This document shows positions 1 through 25,819 of a DNA stretch of 64,000 nucleotides, piece by piece. The position numbers were made by a program, and so were the translations under genes. Location of the stretch: the NCBI RefSeq assembly GCF_009914755.1, contig NC_060936.1; one strand, 5' to 3'. Below the pieces are notes generated by a model. The model worked only from the letters and a program-made list of their open reading frames with translations. It did no database searches and was not told where the DNA came from. The first letter of the stretch is position 1, and each line of letters begins with the position of its first letter. This stretch comes from the human T2T-CHM13v2.0 reference genome, Homo sapiens.

Positions 1-98
1 AGGCCTCTTTTGCTGGAAGAGAAATGGGATCTCAGGAAAGTAAAGACCTTTGCCCTCTAGTAAGGGGTGGGTTGGGAATATAGTCTTCTAACTCCTTA

Positions 99-551
<453 letters not shown>

Positions 552-696
552 CTAGGAGGGGATTGGAGAGTGCAGGGTTAGGCCCCAGACCCACTTCTTG
601 CCTCCCTGATTCGCCCATCCTTCCCTTAGTAGCCCTGCCTCCCTCCCAGCATTCTTGATGCCTACTTGGCCTCCTTGCCTTCTTGTTTTCTCTCAC

Positions 697-737
697 CTGG
701 TATACCTCCTGACCAGAAGCTGCCTGAAGGCTCAGCC
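697..737 (-). CDS. B4GALNT1: B4GALNT1 exon 5 (41 nt)
   Basis: tag|GG CTG AGC...TAC CAG|gtgag encodes (G)LSLQAASGQEVYQ; cumulative CDS 531 nt. Confidence 0.95.
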
Positions 738-1175
738 CTAGGAGAAAGGAGTGGGGGGATCAGAATCACATAGGCAGCCCTGAATTCTTTCTCATTTTCT
801 CTCCCTGCTGTCACCACACACAATAGAGAACTTTCCACCTATTCTTCTTATTGAGGCCTCAGCAGGGCACACTGTATAACATAGCCTACAGTGACTGATT
901 TTTGAGCCCGTCCCGTCAAAGCTTGCCCTATGGCCTGCCCTGACCACCACCTAACCAATGGTTAGTCAGCAAAGAATAGATTATTTCCCCCAAAACTCCC
1001 CAGTTACAGTCTTCTGAAATTCCTAGAGTCCCTTCTGTCCTCACTTCCCACCTCCTAAGCCCCCGTTTGAGCTTAAGTCCCCCATTCATCAGAGGTTCCC
1101 ACCTCCCATTCCAATCATCTCCCATTCTTCCCCACCCAACCTTGGGCTCTGCCACCCCCACTGTGGCTGAGGTCA

Positions 1176-1606
<431 letters not shown>

Positions 1607-2132
1607 TCATCAGAGCCCAGCTACACAGCTCCATTCATCCCATAAACACTGACACAGCACCCCACACCTTGGCCCTGCAATTCTGTCTGTCTAGGCTCTG
1701 TCCCCTTAAATGCTGCCCTTCAAATAGTCCTCGGGAGGGGGACCAAGGATCGGATGACCTATCCCCTAAATCTGGATTTTAGAGTTGTAGGATAGGGCCA
1801 ATTACCAGGATTTCAGGAGCTGCCTACCCACCAACCAGGACCCCACCTGGAGTCTCTTCTCATACCTGAATCAGGACCTCAGGGAGTCTTTCAGGGCCCT
1901 CCCTTGACTGCACAACCTCCCACGCCCATCCCCATCCTTATCCCCATGGCAAGGTTCAGGGAGAACAGATTTTCCCCAGCCCAAGCCTCAGCAGCCTCCC
2001 ACTTCCACCTCCCACTTCACTCCACACAGCCCGTTAGGAGAATGCAGGCATCTGAGCCCAGCAGTGGAGAAAACAAAAGCCCCCAGACCACCCCCAGCGA
2101 GCGCTGCGCTGCGCCGCCGCGGTCGGCACTCA

Positions 2133-2615
<483 letters not shown>

Positions 2616-2990
2616 TTAATGCTGAAGACATTTGGATGCCGCGGTTTCGACGCGGCCGTGCGTAAGCGGAAAAGCCCCGCTCTATCAGGGCAGTGGCAGT
2701 CCCCAAGCCCGCCGCCCGCCCTGGCCGGCGCGCCCCCGACTCCTCAGTCTGAGCATCACCTGGGCCGGGGTGGGCTGCGGAGGGCGGCTCCACACCTAGC
2801 CTGTCAGGAAAAAATGCAGAATCATGCCCGTGCTGGCGGGCGCCCCCGGCGGAGGTGACCCGATGAGTGGCCTCGGCAAGCGGCGCGGGGGACAGAGTGG
2901 ACCGGGAAGCGCGCCTCCTCCCGCCTCCTCCCGCCTCCTCCTCCTCCCCTCACCAACCAATCCCACCCCCACCCACCCCCGGGCACTGAC

Positions 2991-3420
2991 CTGTCTAACG
3001 CTCTAAGGCAGCGGCAAAATTTCGGTCCGGGCTGTGCCGGGCTCTCGCCCCGGCCTGAGGGTCCTCATGGGGCTGGGGGCTGCCCGATGGGGGAGCTGGG
3101 CATGAGCCTGAGGGTGTGGGGGACCCTCCTGCCTCTGGAGCGCGCCCGATCCCTCCCGTCTTGGAACTCCCGGGGCTTTTGTGGAGCGCGGCGCGGTGGT
3201 GGTTCTGGGCGTTTCCTGCCCGGGGGCGGTTGGCGGGGCGCGAGGACCAAGTTAAGAGTCTGTTGCACCCCAGCCCCGGGGCAAAGCCGGGGATCCCTGG
3301 CTCCGCGTCCCACTGGCAGCGCGGGGAGGGCTCTGGCCGCCGCCCGGCTCTTCGCACCGCAGCGCAGCGCGGCTCAGCTCCCGGCTCGTTGCGGCTGCTT
3401 CGGCTCCGCGCGGGGAATGC
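2991..3420 (-). other. B4GALNT1: B4GALNT1 non-coding exon 1 (5' end approximate)
   Basis: Strong donor CAG|gtcagt at 2991/2990 inside a GC-rich island. The TSS cannot be fixed from sequence alone. Confidence 0.75.
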
Positions 3421-4033
3421 GAGCGCCCCGGCGCCTTCTAGTGGGCGCGGAGGAAACTGCGGGGGCGCGGAGCAAACGCGGGAAGGTCCTCGCTCACAGC
3501 CCCCAGTCCTTAGCCTCCAAACACTGGCATCTCAACCGCCTGCTCCCACGACATCCATTCCATTGCCTGCTCGTTCTGAGCTTGTAGGCAAGGATGGGCA
3601 AATAAGGGCTTTGGGAGGAGGTAGGGCGGGGGCGCGCTAAAACTCAAGTCAAGTTTGAATGTTAGGATGAAGATAAAGGAAACAACCCCTGGAAAATAAA
3701 CGCTCTGCCTGGCTAACAAAGACTGAGGCACAGCCTCCCTCTCCCCCTCCTCCCCGCCCTGCCCCCCATTATTTAACAGACACTCAAGAGATACACACTG
3801 GGTAATTGAAGGCCCTATTTCCCCGAACTGCCGCTTGGTGCAACCTTGCAGGAGGAAGGGAACCCCAGAGAGGCCAGATTGGCGGTAGTTCTGCTTGCAA
3901 GCCTTAGGTCATAGCCTGATACCTCACATTGCCGAGAATCGGAGTTCTGTGGCTCCGTGGTTCTAATAAAAGATGCATCAAGATTCAATAGGAAAAAAAG
4001 ATATAACAAGAAATATAGAACATAACGAAAATA

Positions 4034-4053
4034 TGTGTGTGTGTGTGTGTGTG
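4034..4053. repeat. (GT)n microsatellite
   Basis: About 10 GT units. Confidence 0.9.
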
Positions 4054-4208
4054 GTGGATTATTGAATGAATGAATTTTATACAAACAAATGACTAATCAG
4101 CTGGGGTGAAAGTGGAATCTCTACACTTCTTACACCAAAATTCCAAATGTATTAAATATTTTAATATTAAAGGTGAAATCATAAAAGTAGTGAAAGAAAT
4201 CATGAAAC

Positions 4209-4490
4209 CCGGCGCAGTGGCTCATGCTTGTAATCTCAGCACTTTGGGAGGCTGCGATAGGAGACCAGGAGTTCGAGACCAGCCTGGGCAACATGGTGAG
4301 ACCCCCCCCCCCCCGTCTCTACAAAAAATTTAAAAATTAGCCCAGCAAGATGGCTCACACCTGTAGTCCAACTACTTAGGAGGCTGAAGTGGGAAGATTG
4401 CTTGAGCTCGGGAAGTTGAAGCTGCAGTGAGCTGAGATGGTGCCATGGCACTGTAGCCTGGGTGACAGAGCGAGACTCTGTCTCAAAAGA
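4209..4490 (+). mobile_element. AluJ-type element
   Basis: Dimeric Alu; aagaaatcatg duplicated on both sides. Confidence 0.85.
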
Positions 4491-4872
4491 AGAAATCATG
4501 GAATTTTTGTTTTGTTTATGATCTTGGAGTAGGGAAGAGATCTCTAAGCCAGATGTAAAGGGAAATATTAATAAATCTGACTATATGAAAAACTTGAGTG
4601 AAGAAATTAACATACACTAAATTTGAGAGAGAAATGACAAACTGTGAAAAAATATTTGTAACATATAAGACAGGTATACTTTATCTGGTTGGTGCCCCCA
4701 GCGGAGATGACCAGGAATGAATTATGAACCATTGAAAACATAGGAATCCATGACTCCACACTGATAATACATAGATAATTAATTAATTAATTAAATGAAT
4801 GAATGAAGGAGAAGGGAGAATGCCAATTAATAAATGTGGAGGGAGCTGATGGAGTTGGAAAATAACTATTTT

Positions 4873-5040
4873 TTAAAATTTTATTTTATTATTATTATAC
4901 TTTAAGTTTTAGGGTACATGGGCACAATGTGCAGGTTAGTTACATATGAATACATGTGCCATGCTGGTGTGCTGCACCCATTAACTCGTCATTTAGCATT
5001 AGGTATATCTCCTAAAGCTATTCCTCCCCCCTCCCCCCAT
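4873..5040 (-). mobile_element. 5'-truncated L1PA3/4-type 3' end (168 bp) inserted in older L1M sequence
   Basis: Antisense L1 3' UTR; perfect 15-bp TSD gaaaataactatttt at 4858-4872 and 5041-5055. Confidence 0.92.
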
Positions 5041-5418
5041 GAAAATAACTATTTTGCAACCATCAGAGTAAAAGTTGGTTTGGGCAAGAATTATCAATGA
5101 ATGCTAATTCTAGGGGGAAAGTTTGACAGAAGCAGCTTATGTACGTAGCTTAAAGTATCTCCCCATAGTTGGCTTATTCGTTGCAAGAGGAAAAATTGTA
5201 ACCGCGCAGTGGGAAAAGCAGACAGCACCTTGACTTGCTGGCCAAAATTAACATCACCAATGAGGGACAGAAGAATATCATGTGCCTCCAGAAATGCTCC
5301 CCGGAGAAAGCATGACATCATTTATGTAGTGATGTGGCTGGGAATACATAACTTGATTTTAAATACAAAGAAACAGACAGACCCCAAGTAAGGAATATTT
5401 TCTCTGTATAAAAGAAAC

Positions 5419-7745
<2,327 letters not shown>

Positions 7746-7811
7746 TTACTTAGTGTATTTAGTTGTCATGTCTTTTTGTTTCCTCATCTTTGAGGATATT
7801 AAACATACTTA

Positions 7812-8119
7812 CAGTGGGCCCTCTGGGTTCAACAAGTGCAGTTATGCCACCTGCTGATCAAAAATATTTGGAAAAAAATAACAATATAGCAATTGAAAAT
7901 AATACAAATTTTAAAGTGTAACAACGATTTGCACAGCATTTACATTGTATTAGGTATAAAGAAACTAGAGATGATTTAAAGTATAGAAGAGTGTGTACAT
8001 AGATTATATATAAATAATATACCATATCATATAAGGAACTTAAGCATTCTGGGATTTTGGTACCTGCAAGAGTCTTGGAACCAATCCTCTGCAGATAATT
8101 GAGAAATGAGGGATGACTA
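7812..8119. mobile_element. Tigger3/MER7-type DNA transposon (MITE)
   Basis: Typical motifs agcatttacattgtattaggtat...ctagagatgatttaaagtata and a ggaaccaatcc...gagggatgact end. Confidence 0.7.
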
Positions 8120-8399
8120 TATTTAATTTTTTTTCTCCAGTTGATCTATTATTTCTGTTTACTCTAGAATAAATTATCTTGTGTATTAATATTTTTATCT
8201 TTCATTATGTTAATTTTCATGAAGAGCTTTGAAATTTTAGTTTGCTAGCTTGTTTTTTGTGTGTGAATTTCTTGTACGTGTGTGTCCTTGTTAGGGTTCA
8301 TTGTAGCTGACAGAAACATTGTAGATGACAGGGGTTTATTTCTTGGTATTAGGGGGCTTACAATGTGATTTGGGGCCTGGTTTTTTTACGCCATGGGTG

Positions 8400-8590
8400 A
8401 TAGTGCTTCCCCAGGCTTTTGGAAATATGTGGGGCCATTTTGGGTTGTCATAATAGCTGGGCCAGCTGCCAGCAATTGGTGGGCAGGTGTCAGCTGAGCT
8501 AAATGTCCTATGATGAACAGAACAAGCCTATGCAACAAAGACTTGCCCTTCCCTAGACACCGATAGAAACTCAATGGAGAAGCACTGCTT
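8400..8590. mobile_element. MER20-like hAT remnant
   Basis: Degenerate match to recalled MER20 motifs (ttttgggttgtca...gctaaatgtccta). Confidence 0.4.
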
Positions 8591-8593
8591 TAG

Positions 8594-9672
<1,079 letters not shown>

Positions 9673-10889
9673 TCCAGACAGTATGTTGCTTGATCCTACC
9701 CCCAGCCAGCTGTAGGCAAAGTCCAATTCTGCATGGCAGCCTAGAGGGCTGGGGACAGGGCTGGGCTAGCCTTGTCCTCTCTGCTCTTCTCAATCACTCT
9801 AGGCAAGTGGCTCTGGATGGATGGATGGAGCCCGGCTAGCAGTCACAACGTTATACAACCCCCTGTCATGCATCAGAACATCCAGTGAGTTTTCCAAAAG
9901 ACCTGGGTTCCTGGCAGGTGCTGTTTCTTGTCGTGTAGCCCAGCAGACCTGTGACTTAAGCCCCCAGCTGTTATCTTTCCCTTAACAATTCAAAGGATGC
10001 TTATTTTGTTTATTGAACATGGCTTGTCTTTTTAATACATATTTGGGATATATTATCTGTCATTTTAATTTGATCTGTTTGGAGTGAAGGAAGGATTTTC
10101 CCTTGAATTTACTCAACCATTTTTGATGGAAGTGACCCTACAAATTGTCTACTTATAAACTTTTTTTTTAAACAGGAAAGAAATTATACTATACACGTGG
10201 AACCCCATACTGCTTTTTTACATGACACATATATCTTGGAGGTCTCTTTATAAAAGCACATGAAAATGTCTCATTTAAAATTTTGCATATTACTACATCA
10301 AATGAATATATTAATTAACACTTCCTTTTCATGACAAACAGTGCTGCAATAAACATACTTGGTGAACTGTTATAAATATGCCTGATCTATTTAAACTGAA
10401 TGCCAATTATTATGTCATTGTTCTTTAATTTAGATTTTTTGCTTAGATTACAGCAAAGACCAAGTTCAAAGATGTCAATCAGAAGAGGCAACCAAGAAAA
10501 CTGTGAGCCAGTTAATGCTTGCCATACACACATTTATTTGCACTCAACAAGTTAATAAAAATCAGTGTATTGCTCAATTAGCTGGCGATGAGAACTAACA
10601 AAAGGGAAGCCCCATGCTACTTCAGTGCCAGGATTTGGTCAGCTTTTCTTGGCTGTTTTCATCAAAGTATTCTTTTGCTCATGGATTTTGTTTACCCTAA
10701 CCAGCACGAGGGAGTCGTAAAGACCTCACGACTTACATGAAATTGTCCAGTTACTCCAGAGAGACGCAGGGACAGTAGTGCTCTTGTCCTCCAGTGTTTG
10801 GTGGCAGGCTGGGATTTTTATGCTCGCTTGGGCTTTGGGTGTTTCAGACATGGCTTACATTCTATTGGTTCAATATTATATGATACTTC

Positions 10890-11340
10890 TGTGAAAGGAA
10901 AATAAGTCTTGGGCCCCCCCAAATCACTAAGTTAAAGGACAAAGTCAAGCTGGGAACTGCATAGGGCAAGGCTGCCTCCCATTCTATTCAAAGTCACCCC
11001 TCTGCTCACTGAGATAAATGTATATCTGATTGCCTCCTTTTGAGAGGCTAATCAGAAATTCAAAGGAATACAACCATTTGCTTCTTATCTACCTATGACC
11101 TGGAAGCTCCCTCCCCGCTTTGAATTGTCCAGCCTTTCCAGACTGAGCTAATGTTCATCTTACATATGTTGATTGATGTCTCATGTCTCCCTAAAATGCA
11201 TAAAAACCAAACTGCTCTGACCACCTTGGGGACATGTCATCAGGACTTCCTAAGGCTGTGCCACAGGCATGTGTCCTCAACCTTGGCAAAATAAACTTTC
11301 AAAATTAACTGAGACCTGTTTCAGATTTTTGGGGTTCACA
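10890..11340 (+). mobile_element. 5' LTR of MER4A-type (ERV1) provirus
   Basis: TGTGAAAGGAAAATAA...GTTCACA termini, followed by degenerate tRNA-Arg-like PBS TGGTAACCATGGGGGGAT; homologous 3' LTR at 27455-27530 plus 37679-38047. Confidence 0.88.
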
Positions 11341-12278
11341 TTTTGGTAACCATGGGGGGATTCTGAGTGGAGATGCCCCTGACCTTTGACAAATCTATCA
11401 GTGCTTGGGACCAGCATGAGCTAACTTCATGGCTCAAACCAATAGGACAATTTGCTGAGGCCTAAGAGCACCCCCTCCAGAAAATCCCTGATCTCCCCAA
11501 ATTTGGTTGAAATCTAAAGTTTATTTTGCTGTGCAACTCCTCTTATTTTTTGGAGTTTTACTGCTTCCAATAAGGAAGGCAAGATTTCCTGTTTCCATGA
11601 TGATGGAAGGCAGGTAACTCCTTTATAGAGTTTCAGCTCGCTTCCAACAGGGAAGGTGAGTTTTTTTTCAGGCTTCTAAAGTGGTAGAGAGCAGTCTACA
11701 GCCTGAGACCCATCCCTAGGTAAGTAACTGAATTGAGGATTGTCGTGGCTAAAGTGAAAATTAACAACCAGCTGGTCTTAATTTCTCCTTACCATTAGAG
11801 CACTAAGTGATCACATAAGTTTACCTATTTTTGTTGTTGTTGTTGTTTGTTTGTTTCTGTTTTTGTTGTTGTTTCGGTCTTTTTCCCATTGGGTTTGGTC
11901 AACTCTATCCAACTTGATCAAATACAAAGGAAGTTCCAAATTATGGGGAACAAGTCCTCTGAACTGCCTAAATTCCCCCACACACAAAAAAGGTGGTGTG
12001 GTGGGGGCAAAAAATGGCCAGCAAAAGAAAAAAAAGGAGGAAAGATTTTTTATTTTGACTACAAAAGGGGCTTTATTTACATAACAAGGCCACCTTTTGC
12101 TAGCCAGGCCAAAGTGAAAGCAATGACTGTTACCCCATGCTACAGTTTGATAGCTAAGGTTCTACTTTCTTTTTTCCACCATGACAGCCTGGGTTTTTGT
12201 TCCTAAATCAAGCCCTTTCTGGTTTGATACTTGGTACTTCTGAAATAGCAGCAATTTGTCCTAGCTGAAATATGATAA

Positions 12279-13842
<1,564 letters not shown>

Positions 13843-13856
13843 GTAATGAGATTTAA

Positions 13857-16634
<2,778 letters not shown>

Positions 16635-16691
16635 TAAAAAAAAACTTTTACATGATCAAGTTATCATATTATTATTAAGTTTTGGTTTGCT

Positions 16692-17598
16692 GAGGGCAGG
16701 AGCCAAGATGGCTGAAGAGGAACAGCTCCGGTCTACAGCTCCCAGCGTGACTGACGCAGAAGACGGGTGATTTCTGCATTTCCATCTGAGGTACTGGGTT
16801 CATCTCACTAGGGAGTGCCAGACAGTGGGTGCAGGCCAGTGGGTGCGCGCACGGTGCGCGAGCCAAAGCAGAGCGAGGCATTGCCTCACCTGGGAAGCGC
16901 AAGGGGTCAAGGAGTTCCCTTTCTGAGTCAAAGAAAGGGGTGACGGATGCACCTGGAAAATCGGGTCACTCCCACCCGAATATTGCGCTTTTCAGACCGG
17001 CTTAAAAAATGGCGCACCACGAGACTATATCCCACACCTGGCTCAGAGGGTCCTATGCCCACGGAATCTCGCTGATTGCTAGCACAGCAGTCTGAGATCA
17101 AACTGCAAGGCGGCAGCGAGGCTGGGGGAGGGGCGCCCGCCATTGCCCAGGCTTGCTTAGGTAAACAAAGCAGCCAGGAAGCTCGAACTGGGTGGAGCCC
17201 ACCACAACTCAAGGAGGCCTGCCTGCCTCTGTAGGCTCCACCTCTGGGGGCAGGGCACAGACAAACAAAAAGACAGCAGTAACCTCTGCAGACTTAAATG
17301 TCCCTGTCTGACAGCTTTGAAGGGAGCAGTGGTTCTCCCAGCACGCAGCTGGAGATCTGAGAACCGGCAGACTGCCTTTTCAAGTGGGTCCCTGACCCTT
17401 GACACCCGAGCAGCCTAACTGGAAGGCACCCCCCAGCAGGGGCACACTGACACCTCACACGGCAGGGTATTCCAACAGACCTGCAGCTGAGGGTCCTGTC
17501 TGTTAGAAGGAAAACTAACAAACAGAAAGGACATCCACACCAAAAACCCATCTGTACATCACCATCATCAAAGACCAAAAGTAGATAAAACCACAAAG
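16692..17598. promoter_or_regulatory. L1 5' UTR: sense internal promoter and antisense promoter
   Basis: Complete 5' UTR; YY1-like AAGATGGCT at 16705-16713; partial CpG decay. Confidence 0.85.
16928..17143 (-). CDS. L1 antisense ORF0 (71 aa, intact)
   Basis: MAGAPPPASLPPCSLISDCC...TRFSRCIRHPFL*; donors after nt 106 (17038, CAG|GTGTGG) and nt 191 (16953, CAG|GTGCAT). Confidence 0.9.
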   Translation of the reverse strand: MAGAPPPASLPPCSLISDCCASNQRDSVGIGPSEPGVGYSLVVRHFLSRSEKRNIRVGVTRFSRCIRHPFL

Positions 17599-18615
17599 AT
17601 GGGGAAAAAACAGAACAGAAAAACTGGAAGCTCTAAAAATCAGAGTGCCTCTCCTCCTCCAAAGGAACGCAGCTCCTCACCAGCAATGGAACAAACCTGG
17701 ATGGAGAATGACTTTGACGAGCTGAGAGAAGAAGGCTTCAGACGATCAAATTACTCTGAGCTACGGGAGGACATTCAAACCAAAGGCAAAGAAGTTGAAA
17801 ACTTTGAAAAAAATTTAGAAGAATGTATAACTAGAATAACCAATACAGAGAAGTGCTTAAAGGAGCTGATGGAGCTGAAAACCAAGGCTCGAGAACTACG
17901 TGAAGAATGCAGAAGCCTCAGGAGCCGATGCAATCAACTGGAAGAAAGGGTGTCAGCAATGGAAGATGAAATGAATGAAATGAAGCGAGAAGGGAAGTTT
18001 AGAGAAAAAAGAATAAAAAGAAATGAGGAAAGCCTCCAAGAAATATGGGACTATGTGAAAAGACCAAATCTACGTCTGATTGGTGTACCTGAAAGTGATG
18101 GGGAGAATGGAACCAAGTTGGAAAACACTCTGCAGGATATTATCCAGGAGAACTTCCCCAATCTAGCAAGGCAGGCCAACGTTCAGATTCAGGAAATACA
18201 GAGAACGCCACAAAGATACTCCTCGAGAAGAGCAACTCCAAGACACATAATTGTCAGATTCACCAAAGTTGAAATGAAGGAAAAGATGTTAAGGGCAGCC
18301 AGAGAGAAAGGTCAGGTTACCCTCAAAGGGAAGCCCATCAGACTAACAGCGGATCTCTTGGCAGAAACCCTACAAGCCAGAAGAGAGTGGGGGCCAATAT
18401 TCAACATTCTTAAAGAAAAGAATTTTCAACCCAGAATTTCATATCCAGCCAAGCTAAGCTTCATAAGTGAAGGAGAAATAAAATACTTTACAGACAAGCA
18501 AATGCTGAGAGATTTTGTGACCACCAGACCTGCCCTAAAAGAGCTCCTGAAGGAAGCGCTAAACATGGAAAGGAACAACCAGTACCAGCCGCTGCAAAAT
18601 CATGCCAAAATGTAA
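17599..18615 (+). CDS. L1 ORF1p (338 aa, intact)
   Basis: Coiled coil, RRM and CTD; REKG, ARR and YPAKLS motifs present. Confidence 0.97.
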   Translation: MGKKQNRKTGSSKNQSASPPPKERSSSPAMEQTWMENDFDELREEGFRRSNYSELREDIQTKGKEVENFEKNLEECITRITNTEKCLKELMELKTKARELREECRSLRSRCNQLEERVSAMEDEMNEMKREGKFREKRIKRNEESLQEIWDYVKRPNLRLIGVPESDGENGTKLENTLQDIIQENFPNLARQANVQIQEIQRTPQRYSSRRATPRHIIVRFTKVEMKEKMLRAAREKGQVTLKGKPIRLTADLLAETLQARREWGPIFNILKEKNFQPRISYPAKLSFISEGEIKYFTDKQMLRDFVTTRPALKELLKEALNMERNNQYQPLQNHAKM

Positions 18616-18654
18616 AGACCATCGAGACTAGGAAGAAACTGCATCAACTAATGA

Positions 18655-22506
<3,852 letters not shown>

Positions 22507-23488
22507 ACAATGAGATCACATGGACACAGGAAGGGGAATATCACACTCTGGGGACTGTGGTGGGGTGGGGGGAGGGAGGAGGGATAGCATTGGGAGATAT
22601 ACCTAATGCTAGATGATGAGTTACTGGGTGCAGTGCACCAGCATGGCACATGTATACATATGTAACTAACCTGCACAACGTGCACATGTACCCTAAAACT
22701 TAAAGTATATTAAGAAAAAAAAAGTTTTGGTTTGCTTTAGAAAAAACATAAAAAATTTTAAAAATTAAGGTTATTACATCTGTGTATCTTTCTGTTTCTG
22801 CTTTTAAAATACTTGTGACACTGAGTTACAGGGCTTTGACTCCTGGGTCTAAAAAGGACACCAAGTCCTGCTAAATTTTAAACACTGACAGCAATTAAAA
22901 CCCCATCTTCAGTCCCAGTTGAAGATGCCAATCAAAATAAACTGCATTCTTGAGACACAGGGCCAGAAATTAAAGTTATTCAACTCCTCAAGGCCTAGGG
23001 ACTATCGTGGAAGAGGTAGACATGTGAGATTGTAAAGGCCAATTTTAAGAGATAAAATAAGTTCAGTTTCTCTATAAATTAATCATCAATGTCAAAGGTA
23101 CACTAATGCAAGACCAGCATATGGGCCCCTGTGTCAGATTAACAAGGTTTTCTTGAGGCATTAACCAACTCCTGAATAAAGGTTATAAAAGGCTTATGGA
23201 AGTTATATTTTATGGTAAAGATTAAAATTTTATAGAGTGTTCATTAAATTTTGAAAAACAAATTTAATTGGCTTCATGCTGTTTTTATTAGGGCTTATTG
23301 TTTGGAAAATTAAGTCTCCTCTCTCAAAGAATGAAGGTTTTACCTTTTTCTTTTTTAAAAATCCTTGAGATATTACTTTGATTAAATGAAATTACTTATT
23401 TTACAGTGACCTGTAATGGTACTTTGTGATATCAAGTGTTTTCAACTTTTGATGTTGAACAAACTTTCCAAATCAAATTATAAATTAT

Positions 23489-25417
<1,929 letters not shown>

Positions 25418-25819
25418 TTAGATTCTAGTCTTGCCTAATGTTTTTCAATTTTTATTATTTCCTACAGTTTGCACCAACTTTTCTTGGCTATAAGCCTGCA
25501 AAATAATGTTTTCAAATTTTTTCCTTCTTTTTTTCCCATTTTTTATAATTTGGAGTCACCAAAAACTAAGCTGTACTTTCATAAAACTCTGTAAACTGAA
25601 GCTAGACAACTTAAACTTCAGAAGAAAATAATAGTAACCTATTTACATACATAAGGCACTTTCATACCTGCCTACTTATGTATGGACTTCAGAGTAATGT
25701 GGCCAATATCAACTTTCCAGAATTGTTTCTTTGTTTGTTGTTGTTTTTTCCCTTCCTCCCGCTATTTTTAATTCATAGGACATGAGACTTCACACCCTGC
25801 TAAAAATGAGCTTTCCTAA

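Noticed and set aside
2995-3640. ORFs of 120-174 aa on both strands
   Set aside because: Expected in a CpG island; low-complexity R/G/P/A content.
10420-10880. Unassigned non-Alu stretch with a minus-strand AATAAA, possibly a retrocopy 3' UTR
   Set aside because: No recognisable ORF, tail or TSD; cannot be called without a database search.
17038-17143. ORF0 donor 1 as an in-frame fusion to B4GALNT1 exon 2
   Set aside because: The phase 1 donor is out of frame with exon 2 and stops at 2138. It is in frame only with exon 5, which would lose the TM helix.
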